Below are positions 52,711 through 64,000 of a stretch of DNA of 64,000 bases, piece after piece. The notes beneath the pieces are model-generated. The model was not told the origin of the DNA, made no database searches, and saw only the letters and a list, made by a program, of their open reading frames with translations. Source of the stretch: Octopus sinensis (lineage: Eukaryota); NCBI RefSeq assembly GCF_006345805.1, contig NC_042998.1, positions 96,968,001-97,032,000 of the forward strand, written 5' to 3'. A program made the position numbers and the translations under genes. Within the stretch, counting starts at the first letter, position 1. Each line of letters starts with the position of its first letter.

Positions 52711-54232
52711 GCTCTGCATCAAAATTCGAAATAACTAGTGATATAGCTATGTCTGCAACCATAGGGAGGTTTGCCTCCCTTGTCAGCTTATTAAGCTAGT
52801 GCTCTTGTGGCTAATGAATTGTTTTCACTCTTATTTCTAGCAATGCCAGTACCACTTTGTACCCTTTGTCACCTTAGTGATATCTATACATTTGCCTTTA
52901 AGTTGTTAAATTGCTAACAAGCCACCCATATTATATATTATATATATATAAGGAAAATAGGGATGAATACAGCCAACTTTTCACTGGCTCAATTGTTTAA
53001 TACCTAATTTAGTAGAGAAAAATTCACATGGGTATATATTAGATTTATAAAAATGAAAAGAAAATGAAGATATACAACTGTCAATTCAAAAATTAAAATT
53101 TCTTAACAAAATATTATATTATATTCTTATAATAATAATATAATAAATAATAAATATTAAATACAAATTACATACAATTGTTTCCATTCTTACCCATAAT
53201 AAAATTATAAAAATTCCTTATATATATATATATCAGTACAGAAACAAAAGACTAAATACTATTCTATGTGCCAAGTTTTCAAATATACAGTAGAGTAATT
53301 TGAATGAACAAAAGAACTATATTGGCAGAAACTACATAAATGGATCTTGATCAGAATTTTCAACCATGAGTTTTCAGTTGTTCAATCAATAAGAACTGCC
53401 AAACACATTCAATTAGTGTGTAAATGGCTGAGTATTCCACAGACATATGTACCTTGAACCCTTTAACATTCAGATTGCTCTGAGTTGTTTTGAGATAATC
53501 ATGCAATATCTCATAGTTTTAAGATTTTGGAGATGTGATTGTTTATGATCACAATAACAGTGAGGAGTAAGTGTGAGAGGCAGGATCTGATCAGTTTGAA
53601 CATAAAACAGGAAGAATAGTCGAGCTTCATTCAGGCAGTTTAAATGCTGAAGGATTAACAAAATTCTCAGGCAGAATCAGATGAGACAGTGTGACAAAAC
53701 CAGACTTGAATTACACAAGCTATCCTATGGGTTTCCATACAGTTTCCATTTACCCAAGTTCATTTGTAAAGCACAGGTTGATCTTAGGCTAGAGCAAAAC
53801 ACTTGCTCAAGATGACTTGTAGTGAAATCAAATTCTGCGCCTGATGACTGAAAAGTGAACTTCTCGACCATTTTTCCATATGATATCTACTAGGAACTAG
53901 GAACCACCACAGAATTAATATAAAAGAATCTGTCTGAGAAATTTTGAAACCAGTCACACTAATACAATATTTAAAACAAAGAGAAAGTGGGAGGTCAGCC
54001 TCACAGTTATGAAAATGGAAACAAAACTGTCCATGAAATAATACTGTAAACTATATAAACATTTAAATATAAATCTAAACTACTAAAGTAGAAAAGAAGT
54101 TTGTTAAGATATCCTGTCAAAATTATTGCCACTTCTACTAAAGTTGAAAATCATCCAGATGGAACAAACACACACACACACACATGCGTACATACATGCA
54201 CACACACTGAATAATGAAGTCAATAATTATAC

Positions 54233-54382
54233 CCTTTCACTAGATCTCTTTTCGTCATCTAGATCTCTTTGCAATTCCATATTTTCTTCAGTTAAATGAT
54301 GAATTTGGTTATTTAGATGATTAATCTCTTCTTGCAAGTATCTGGTACTGGAAGATGTATAATCTCCATCTATACTAGATTT
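54233..54382 (-). CDS. CEP290: CEP290 coding exon 4
   Basis: KSSIDGDYTSSSTRYLQEEINHLNNQIHHLTEENMELQRDLDDEKRSSER; AG/GT; TRYL.EEI matches TRFLRNEI. Confidence 0.88.
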
Positions 54383-54747
54383 CTGAAAGAAAGGAAAATA
54401 AAACAAAAGATATTATATAAACTACAATAGAATCTTTGTGGTTATTTTAATTTTCTTGAAATAGTTAGTGAGTTGGTAAAAAAAACCCAGTAGAGTGTCA
54501 ATCTAAATGCCTAACAGTATATAACATCATCCCTCTACATTGTGTGTTCAAATCTCTACTGAGTTAATACAATAAACACTAATGCTAAACCAGTTCAAAT
54601 GATATCTGATTCCACATAAAAATTTACCTTAGTTTATTTCACCCTAAACTGACCCATACAAAAGAAATCCTTATCATTCATAACACAGTTCTTTTTTTCT
54701 TTGTCTTGAGGTGTGTGTTTTTACATATATATATATATATATATAAA

Positions 54748-55237
54748 ATAATGTTACAATTACTCTATAGTCAAGATACTCTATGTAATACGTGTCCATA
54801 TTAAATTCTTCTGTGTGTAAGAGTCCTCAACCGATGTTAGGCGATAATCCAAAAAAGCTTTTTGGGATTATCGCCTAACATCGCGTATTACATAGATTAT
54901 CTTGACTATAGAGTAATTGTAACATATTATTTTAAAGATAAATTTCCTCTATTTACATAATATTGAGGTCTCTTTCTTTCCTTTGTTATCTTACTGTTTT
55001 TACCAATAAATTACCTCCCAGACAACGCTATTCTTCACTAAGAGCTAATACGGCTTTTTTGGATTATCGCCTAACATCGGTTGAGGACTCTTACACACAG
55101 AAGAATTTAATATGGACGTGTATTACATAGATTATCTTGACTATAGAGTAATTGTAACATATTATTTTATAGATAAATTTCCTCTATTTACATAATATTG
55201 AGGTCTCTTTCTTTCCTTTGTTATCTTACCGTTTTTA

Positions 55238-55286
<49 letters not shown>

Positions 55287-55300
55287 TGCATATATATGTA

Positions 55301-55349
<49 letters not shown>

Positions 55350-55520
55350 ATATTGATAAAAACAGTAAAATAGCAAAAGAAAGAAAGAGACCTCGATATT
55401 AAGTAAATAGAGGAATTTATCTGTAACAGTAATATGTGACAATCATTAGGTAGCCAAGATAAAACTCCGAGTTTCGGATGCCAAGGTGGAAATCCACGCC
55501 ACCATCTCTTCAGTTATCCA
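54748..55520. mobile_element. Mosaic of direct and inverted PLE terminal-repeat fragments
   Basis: 54748-54858 is inverted at ~55055-55170; ~54895-55007 recurs directly at ~55125-55243; a diverged inverted copy lies at ~55350-55445. Confidence 0.75.
55458..55518 (-). ncRNA. Type I hammerhead ribozyme motif
   Basis: gauaa-CUGAAGA-gaug...cauc-c-GAAA-cu(cgg)ag-UU-uuauc: 5-bp stem I, stem III with a 3-nt loop, GUU triplet. Confidence 0.65.
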
Positions 55521-56462
55521 GCCATCAGAAAAACGCTATGAAAAATGACCATTATACAAAGGGAAATTACTGTGTTATTGACCGCTATTAAGACAAAAGA
55601 GCTATTCGAATGACCACTAAGGGAGGGGAGGAAGTAAAAGGTTCATAGTATTCGCGTAAGTGCACCTGTTCATACCTACACATGTGCACCCGCACACCCA
55701 TGTGCGTACGCATACATTCATCCACCCTCACTAGAAAAACATACACATCTTAACTTGCATCCTTCGCCAAATGTATATGCATATACATACAAACTCACAC
55801 ACACACGCGTGCACTGTAAAAGTTCATACATACGTCTACATAAGCACAAGCACAATAAAAAACAGGATTAAGGGTAACAATACAGAAAAAAGGCATAAGG
55901 GAGTATACAAAGAGTAAACCACGTTTATAAACGCACATATCCTTAAACACGCACACACACGCCCATATACGCACATACCCGCACACACACACACACGCAC
56001 AAAAAGGATTATACATACGTCTAAAAAGATACAGGAAAATGTGTAAAAACACTGAGTAAAACACGTCTATATACGCATGTACTCACATGCACACATACAG
56101 CACACATCTATATAACACACATACCCACACACACATCCATACACATGCACAAAGGATTCCATATACACATCTATATACACACAGGGAAAAATGCAGGGTG
56201 GAAGGTAATTTTTTTTGGTTTATAGATATACTTTTTACACATAATTTTTTCTGTACTCTACCTTTTTTCAGACAGTAACAAGATCTCTGCATTCTGAGTC
56301 TACAATTAAGTATTCTAATTCCACTTGTTTCTCTAACAGAAAGATATGAACATTGTATTCACCATCTCTCATTTGCTATAAATGTAAAATCCTTCGTTCA
56401 TAGAAGAAAGCATTATTAAATTTAAAAGTAAGAAACAAGTGTGCCAAACAAAAGATAGTTAC

Positions 56463-56518
56463 CTTCAGATTGCTACTCAAGAGTTCTAACTCTTTAATTT
56501 TAGCTTGCAATTTCTGTT
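56463..56518 (-). CDS. CEP290: CEP290 coding exon 3
   Basis: (E)QKLQAKIKELELLSSNLK|gtaac; 56 nt, phase fits exon 2. Confidence 0.8.
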
Positions 56519-56954
56519 CTGTAAAAATAGAGATCAGATGTCAAGTTACATTATTTGCCAAACAAGAAGTTAAAATATTGTCTCAATCAATCAGGATTCA
56601 ACAAACACTAACAACAACAACAACACAGACAAAAGAATATTGAAATAAAAAATATAATGAAAAAAACAAAGAAAATAGAACAAAATAATGCTTGTAATAT
56701 AAACAGAAGTAAATGAAGAAAAGCTTATAAAAATAAAGAAAGAAAGCTAAGTGAAAAGTTGAAAAGAAACTAGGAGAAAATATATTAAAGAAGCTAAAAG
56801 GAATGGTACAAGAAAAGAAAAAACAATGTCTGAATAAAATCCAAGAAAACAGAAAAACATAGAACATAATAAACAATTAAATTAGTAAATATTTTAAATC
56901 AGTGAATATTTTAAGCAATTAATGAGTAAATAAATCAATAATAAAATATGTATC

Positions 56955-57240
56955 TGTTATGACATGGTATACATGTCTGGTGTAAAATGGTATTACAAAA
57001 ATAAATAGTAGGTTGTTGTTATCTAAAAATAACCTGTCACAGAATGCACTCCATACTACTTGAACATAGGTACAATACTCAGTATTCACAGTTCAACTAC
57101 CAAAACCAACACAGTTAAACAACATGGTCAAACTAACACTGTTTGACCCCCCACCTCACCCCTTGACACTTCACTCAGTTCTTATTTATTGTAATCAGTT
57201 AGTTCACCTTCAATCACGAGTTCAGGATTCTCCCATAACA
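56955..57240. mobile_element. Solo LTR
   Basis: Termini TGTTATG...CATAACA; 5-bp flanks gtatc / atatc (one mismatch). Confidence 0.7.
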
Positions 57241-57399
57241 ATATCAAAAATTAACAGGAGAGAAAATATTAAATATTTAGTTTGAATGACACATATCTTC
57301 CTTACCTTTTAACTTTTACTGTGGCCATGCTGGAGCACCACCTCAAAGGGTTTAGCCGAACAAATTTAATAAGTCAATGAGGGCTTGACCAAAGAGGAA

Positions 57400-57900
57400 G
57401 ATGTTTTCCTCAAGCCTTTCAGCTTATTCACCACACAATCTCCTTCACCATAGCCCATAAACAGAGAAATGCTGCTTGCTGTGCCTTGCTAAAGGGAGAT
57501 GGTGAAACAATCATCATAATGGCTTTGGCAGATGATCGGATTCATCCTACACGACAACAGCTGTTAACACAATTGCAAAAGTCGGCAATGCTTGGATACT
57601 GCACTAGGCATGCAATATGGTTTCTTTGTTCGCCATCCAGGAATATGTGCTGCACAGCCTCAGCACATGTCTGTGCATCAGAAGCCATGGCATGCCAAAC
57701 CTGCCTTCCAGCAGGTGGTGGCAATAGATGGACTGCCTAACTAGTGGAACACATCCTTTCCTCAGGAAATGAAAACTAAATACTCCAGGGTGATCAAATG
57801 TGGACTGGAGAAAAGTACGATTGTCAGGTAGTACGTTACTACAGAGGGGATGTATGCATTCGCCACCTCTGCTCAACCTTTCAAGGGTAGTTTCCTATCA
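57400..57900 (-). mobile_element. Probable decayed non-LTR retroelement fragment
   Basis: GC-richer, broken coding-like stretch (C.EAVQHIFL, KETILHA); family not determined. Confidence 0.35.
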
Positions 57901-58393
57901 GCCTTTTTCTAAGCAAGGCTGGCCATCCTGCTTATAACCTCATCCTAGTTCTTGTCCACCTGGAGATCTACACTAAATGAGACTCCAAGTAATTTAACCA
58001 ATCAGTCTATCCAATGACCTACTATGGTGTTCAATGGCATAGACTTGCTTCTCCAATAATAATCCTCTCTATTATAGGCACAAAGCCTAAAATTTGTGGG
58101 GAGGAGTTAGTCAATTACATTGACTCCTGTGCTTAACTGGTACTTATTTTATGACCCTGAAAGGATAAAAGGTAAAGTTGACCATAGCAGAATTTGAACT
58201 CAGAACATAAGGACAAACAAAATATCACTAAGCATTTTATCCAGCACGCTACGGAGTCTAACAGCTTGCCAGCTGGGTGAGGGTGATAGTGGTGTTGGGA
58301 CAGGTTAACAAGAAGTTCAACACACTGGGGATTTTCTACTAATAAACGTAATAATTCACAAAGCTCATGACATAACAAAATATTGGTAGATAC

Positions 58394-58535
58394 CTCTTTT
58401 TGCTTCTTTTTTAGTTTCTTCTTCCATATTTACAATTACCTCCTCCAACTGATCATTTTTCAATACTATCAACTCCCGAGTCACTTCAAATAACTTCTTC
58501 AAACGATCAATTTCTGTCTCCTTATTATGGTCAAA
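58394..58535 (-). CDS. CEP290: CEP290 coding exon 2
   Basis: cag|FDHNKETEIDRLKKLFEVTRELIVLKNDQLEEVIVNMEEETKKEAKR|gt; 142 nt, ends phase 1. Confidence 0.85.
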
Positions 58536-60739
58536 CTGCAAAACAATAGAGTCTCAAATTTAAATTATATTGGTTTATCAATAATACCTGGAACCATTCT
58601 AAATTTTTAGAAACTGAAGCTAAAGTTTAATAATCCTTACTACTATGTGCACAAGACCTGAAATTTTGGGGGAGGAGTCTAGTCAATTATATTGACCCCA
58701 GTGCTCAGCTGGTACTTATTTTATCAATCCCAAAAGGATGAAAGGTAAAGTCGACCCTGGCAGCATTTGAACTCAGAATGTAAAGTCAGAAAAATGCTGC
58801 TAACCATTGCAGTAATGATTCTGCCACCTCGCTACCTTATTTTAATAATAATAATAATAATAATAAAAATCGTCGTTGTTTAACGTCTGCTTTCCATGCT
58901 GGCATGTGCTGGACAGTTTGACTGAAGGCTGGCAAGCCAGAAGGTTGCACCAGACTCCAATCAGATCTGGCAAAGTTTCTACAGCTGGATGTCCTTCCTA
59001 ATACCATCCACTCCAAGAGTGTAGTGAGTGCTTTTTATGCGCCACCGACACGGGACCAGTCAGGCAGCACTGGCATCGACTACACTCGAATGGTCCTTTT
59101 TACATGCCACACACAAAAAAGGTGGAGTTCACATTAATCACAAGGGGAAGCAACAAGGATATAACAAAATGTTATATCGTCAGTGATGATATATGATGTC
59201 TGTGTGTGTGACAATATATTATGGTACCAAATATAACCATATAAAAATAAGCAATGTAACAAGAGTTGGTTATCTTATTATAACCATTCACACAATAACA
59301 ATCCAATACTCCAATGCAGAATCAATAATGAGACTAATGCTCTCACAGTTCGACCTTAACTGTCTACTGGCTCATTTATTTATAAGACTCGTCCAGTCCA
59401 CTGACAGTCACGTGCAGGGGTGTCAGTTCACTCCACAATACAAAAAATAGAAAAATAGAATTCAGAAAAATAAATAAACTCTTCAATAGTAGGGCAGTCC
59501 ACCTCAGATAATTAAAAAAAAACCAACACAAAATGTCCCCGATTACTCTGCTGTCTCCGAGTTAGTAGAAGTGCTATCTTCTAGCTTCTTTCCTCCTAGA
59601 TTTTGAAATAAATTTGGTATATACTTGCAGTCCAATACAAAAATGTTTAAGCCTTATTAAGATTTACAAGATTTTGATATTTTACTCTAATAACCTAAAA
59701 AAGAGGATATGAGGTTGATAGAAAACAATATTAATAGTAACATTCCGTCCAACCCATGCTAGCATGGAGAACGGACATTAAACGATGATGATGATGATGA
59801 TTAGAGCAAGCTAAATAAGCATTCAAAAATATAATTATGAATTATTTTTAGTTTCAGTGACCCAGCTGTACAAGATATTTTGATAGCAACTTGAAACTAC
59901 ATATTATTGAGAAAATGATATCATAATAGTCATCATCATATTCATATTAATATCCACTTTTCAATGCTTACTTAGGTTAGACAAAACTTGCTAAGACAGA
60001 TTTTTTTTGTAGTCAAGTGCTCTTCCCAGATGCTCATCAATCATCAACAGCCAAACCTGGGGCAAAACTCAAAAATCAGAGCATACTATCAACTTTTGAT
60101 ATAATAAATATTTATTGTCACCACTGCTGTCACTGTCATCATCATTTAACATCCATGGTTCATGCTGGTATTGGTTGAACTATTTGGCAGGACCTGAAGG
60201 GTCCAAAGGCTACATCATGCTCTAAAGTCTGGCATAGTTCCTCTGACTGGATGTCTTCCTAATACCAACCACTTTACATTATGTACTGGGTATAAATATA
60301 TATGTGAGTATATGTGTATCTGCATGAGTGTGTGCATGCATGTGTGTATGCATGTTGCTTGCAATTTCTGACCATCAATTTCATGAGTCAGCCCACAGCT
60401 ACAGTAGAAGACACTAGCCAACAGAGCCCACACTGCATGAATGACCCTTAGACTACATGGTTTTGAAGTGAACTATTTAACCTCCACGGCCATTTCACAC
60501 ATTTTCCTGTTTCATTTGCTTCTGAGTGGTTGTGATTTGGTTATTTGTGTTGAGCTTGTCCATTCTGAGGGTGAAGAAGATGCTCATCTGAAGTTGTTTT
60601 GGCTGGTGGTAGTATTGTGTGACTAGTCACTAGCAATGTTGTTATTGTTTGTCCTTGTGGACGCTGCTGCTAGTGCTGCTGTTGCTAATGCTATTATTGT
60701 GCTCAGCAGCAGTGCAGGTAATTACTAAGTTAGCTCCCA

Positions 60740-61000
60740 TCGTGGAAAAAAAGGCTCTGAGGTGGCTAGTGCTGCCACATGTGTGACACTTGGATTTTTA
60801 ACAATCTGGGAAGCCTATCTAGTCGAAACTTTGTCTAGGTTTTCCCATTGTACCTGGATCAGGGTATTCACACTAATTAAAGACCTGTTTTCCTGGTAGT
60901 ACTTCTGCATATCCTCTATGACACTGCATTCCATCAACCATCAGATAAGGCAATCCTCCTGTCATCTTGAATGAGACTTTTGGTCTCTCATTCACATCTG
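60740..61000 (-). mobile_element. Possible retroelement ORF1/gag relic
   Basis: KCHTCGSTSHL (CX2CX4H knuckle lacking the last Cys) followed by Ser/Thr/Ala low complexity. Confidence 0.35.
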
Positions 61001-61585
61001 CTCAAATCACTTCTAAAGAGACTTACTTAACTATACTCATGGCCCTGTAAACTCTTGGCAATGTTGATGCAGAAGCCACTGCTATTAGTAGTGCAGCAAG
61101 CACAAAGGATGTGGTTGTGGTAGCATTTCTGGTGTTTTGATGCAGCTGCACTTTTTCTTCAGCTCATTTCAGATTCCATAAAATTCAAGACTGATATTAC
61201 TGACTTCTTACCACAGACAATATTGGTGGTGATGGGAGTGATGATGATGACAGTGGTTATAATGAAGGTGCTATTGTTGCCCTTATTGCTGTTGCCACAG
61301 GTATTGGGTACATTACTACTGTGGTTGTTGTTGAAGCTAAACCACACCAGAATAAGATGTACTACAAAAATGTGATACAATAAATCCATAAAAGAGTAAA
61401 CTAACAACATTTTTTTTTCAAACATATGAAGCTATAAACATGCCCTACAAGCCGGTACACAACAACAGCAACACTAATTGATTATGATAATTTTCCCATG
61501 AAATCTAACATCTATATCTCCGGTGTAATATCAAGATAAATGAATTAAAGATTAAAATAAAATCAATAGAAATAAGGCAACTTAC

Positions 61586-61675
61586 AGATTTGATCATTTC
61601 CAACAACATATCAGAGTCATCTTCTATGTTACTTTTGGTTGTTTTCATGATTATATTCCAGTTCATTGGAGTCAT
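61586..61675 (-). CDS. CEP290: CEP290 coding exon 1 (start codon)
   Basis: MTPMNWNIIMKTTKSNIEDDSDMLLEMIKS|gtaagt; resembles the CEP290 N-terminus MPPNINWKEIMK; AG acceptor at 61700-61701 precedes a short UTR. Confidence 0.85.
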
Positions 61676-62810
61676 TGTTGAAATTTTAAAATGGTGTCAC
61701 TAAAGAATATATGAAGAATAAAACAAATTTGATATAAGTGAACTGTAAAATGTAGTTTAACACTTTTCATTGTAATATTACATAAGCCAATGATAATTAA
61801 AAGAAAAAAATGTGAGAAAAGTCATACTTTTTGTGAAATAGTAAGGGACTGCATTTATTCTAAAAACAAACACAGCTACTCATAGAAACTAAAGTTGTTA
61901 CCTGCAAGCAAATATGACATGGTAGAATGTACTATACTTACTTACTTAAGCCCTTTGCTCTCTATGAATCATAGGCCATTGATGACTTTTCTCTGCTGTT
62001 CTTGACTCTGGGCTGTTTCTCCTCTCTCAGGTTTTGGTTGGATTCAAATTGTCAGCAATGCTTCTGTAACTTAGCTTTGTTTTTTCTAGGTAGGGGTGCT
62101 GGCCTTATGCATATCCCTTTTTACTTCTGAGAAGAGATAGTCCATATTAACCTGGCCCCTAAGCTTTAACATGTTCAGTATGAAAGGCCACCACCAGGAG
62201 CTTATGCTTCACTGGCATAGTTCTCAGAGTCATTAAGGCACATAAGCTACCACACCACAACAAGGACTGGTCTTTGCGGGTGGAGTATTTACTATGCTTT
62301 CACTAATTGTTTTAGATACCTTCGTAATTTCAAGCAGACATACACCCTTTTGGCTCTCCTAACCTTCACCTAGTGGAGCATCCAGGATGTGAGAGTTGAA
62401 GGAACAGAGACCTGCACCAGCACTCAGCTGGAACTCATTACAGCTGAGCAGACTAGAGCAAAATGGAATGCAAAGCCTTGCTCAAGAATGAAATGTACCA
62501 CCCAATCCAGGAATCAAAACTACAACCATATAACTGTGAATTCATCACCTAAACCACTAAACACTATGAACCTTAAAGATCTAAATGAGGATGGGGCAAT
62601 TATACATCTTTAGCATGTCAATCTAATGGACATACAATTTATTTCTCTTTCCTTTATTTCTCTTAACACCTTTGTAAAAGAGTATTTTACTGTAAATATA
62701 AGGACAAGTAAATACTTCCAAGGCAATATTTCAATATCTTTATCATTGTAATTATTTTATGTTCAATCTGCATTGCTAAAGTCTTCTATGACACAGATTT
62801 TTTTGTATAA

Positions 62811-62848
<38 letters not shown>

Positions 62849-63188
62849 TTATTAAATGTATGCAGGCAAATTTATTTATAAAAAGAAAAAAAAATGAGTC
62901 ACTGGTCTTTCCTGAGCCATAGGCTTATAAGGCCAGTTTTCTGAATTCTGCAGCATATATAATCCCCCACTGGATAAGATGCCAGTCCAGTGCAGGATTA
63001 CTCATTTTGGCCAACTGAGGGGACTAGAGAAATGTGAAATGAAGTGTTTTGCTCAAGAACACAATGCATTGCCTATTCCAGGAATCAGAACCATAATCTT
63101 AGGATCATGAGTACAACATTCTAACCACTAAGCCACACACCTCCACCAGCCATATTTTTATATAAATATAAACACATATATATAAATA

Positions 63189-63570
63189 TGGCGCAGGAGT
63201 GGCTGTGTGGTAAGGAGCTTGCTTACCAACCACACGATTCCGGGTTCAGTCCCACTGCGTGGCACCTTGGGCAAGTGTCTTCTACTATAGCCTCGGGCCG
63301 ACCAAAGCCTTGTAAGTGGATTCAGAAACTGAAAGAAGCCCGTCGTATATATATATGTATATATGTATATGTGTGTGTGTTTGTGTGTTTGTGTTTGTCC
63401 CCCCCCCCCCAACATCGCTTGACAACCGTTACTTAGCGGTTTGGCAAAAGAGACCGATAGAATAAGTACTAGGCTTACAAAGAATAAGCCCTGGGGTCGA
63501 TTTGCTAGACTAAAAAGGTGGTGCTCCAGCATGGCCGCAGTCAAATGACTGAAACAAGTAAAAGAGTAAA
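63189..63570 (+). mobile_element. tRNA-derived SINE family A, full length
   Basis: A box TGGCTGTGTGG, B box GGGTTCAGTCCC, internal (TA)n/(TG)n, 3' 'gactgaaacaagtaaaagagtaaaag'. Confidence 0.88.
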
Positions 63571-64000
63571 AGATATATATATATATATATCTATGTATGT
63601 ATATATGTATGTATGTATGCATGTATACATACACATATGCATACATATTCTTAAGGAATGGAATCAATGTGAAACTTCAAGTAGCAGCTCATACAGAGTG
63701 AGTATTGATCGATTGTATGTGTATATACATATTTATGTATGCATATTTAAGTGAAACAATAGACTATGTCTGCAACAACAATCAAGTATATAATTGCTAG
63801 AAATTTAGAATACATTATTTTGCTGTGTGAACAAGTACATTACATAGAAAACCGTAACACACAGACCAGCTAAAACAGTAAAAGAAAAATAACATGAATT
63901 AACTCCCTTCTGTATAAATGTAGCATCTAACCTAGCTAAGCACTTTCGACATTGATAGACAAACATTTCTAGAGTACAGAAAAGTATTTACTCCCAGTTT

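Larger units (their letters stand above)
401..61675 (-). other. CEP290: CEP290 gene span (5' portion, 26 coding exons, 985 codons; 3' end outside window)
   Basis: Spliced exons give one stop-free coiled-coil frame with collinear matches to CEP290 as I recall it (NW.IMK, IERLEEER, GEYGL.EAV.EIK, YHRKFAVVRQQ, NEKAL.R.Y, EKIGYLQR.K, FKI.ALQK). All listed introns are GT-AG with compatible phases. Confidence 0.95.

Noticed and set aside
56598-56880. Lys/Glu-rich coding-like stretch on +
   Set aside because: A-rich low complexity with stops and no recognisable motif; may be TE debris but is unsupported.
59207-59437. Second solo LTR
   Set aside because: TG...CA-like ends exist, but one lies in a (TG)n tract and no TSD is visible.

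Overview
AT-rich animal genomic DNA. The repeat content suggests an octopus or other cephalopod (inference). The whole window lies inside the 5' part of a minus-strand CEP290 orthologue. I traced 26 coding exons with GT-AG boundaries and consistent phases, from the ATG at 61675 down to 401 (2955 nt, 985 codons); the gene continues left of the window and its 5' UTR lies to the right. The introns are full of mobile DNA: tRNA-derived SINEs, an RTE LINE with many 5'-truncated 3' tails, CR1 and other LINE fragments, Tc1/mariner, pogo/Tigger, hAT MITEs, a solo LTR and several Penelope-like element (PLE) pieces. The most unusual signals are (1) a ~2.4 kb, ~15% GC, C-depleted but CpG-retaining island at 30.7-33.2 kb that reads as a possibly hypermutated PLE, (2) a palindromic tRNA-head plus hammerhead-ribozyme element at 7.4-7.9 kb, and (3) further type I hammerhead motifs in PLE termini. 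Coordinates and counts were made by eye, and human-protein comparisons are from memory. Element boundaries are approximate.
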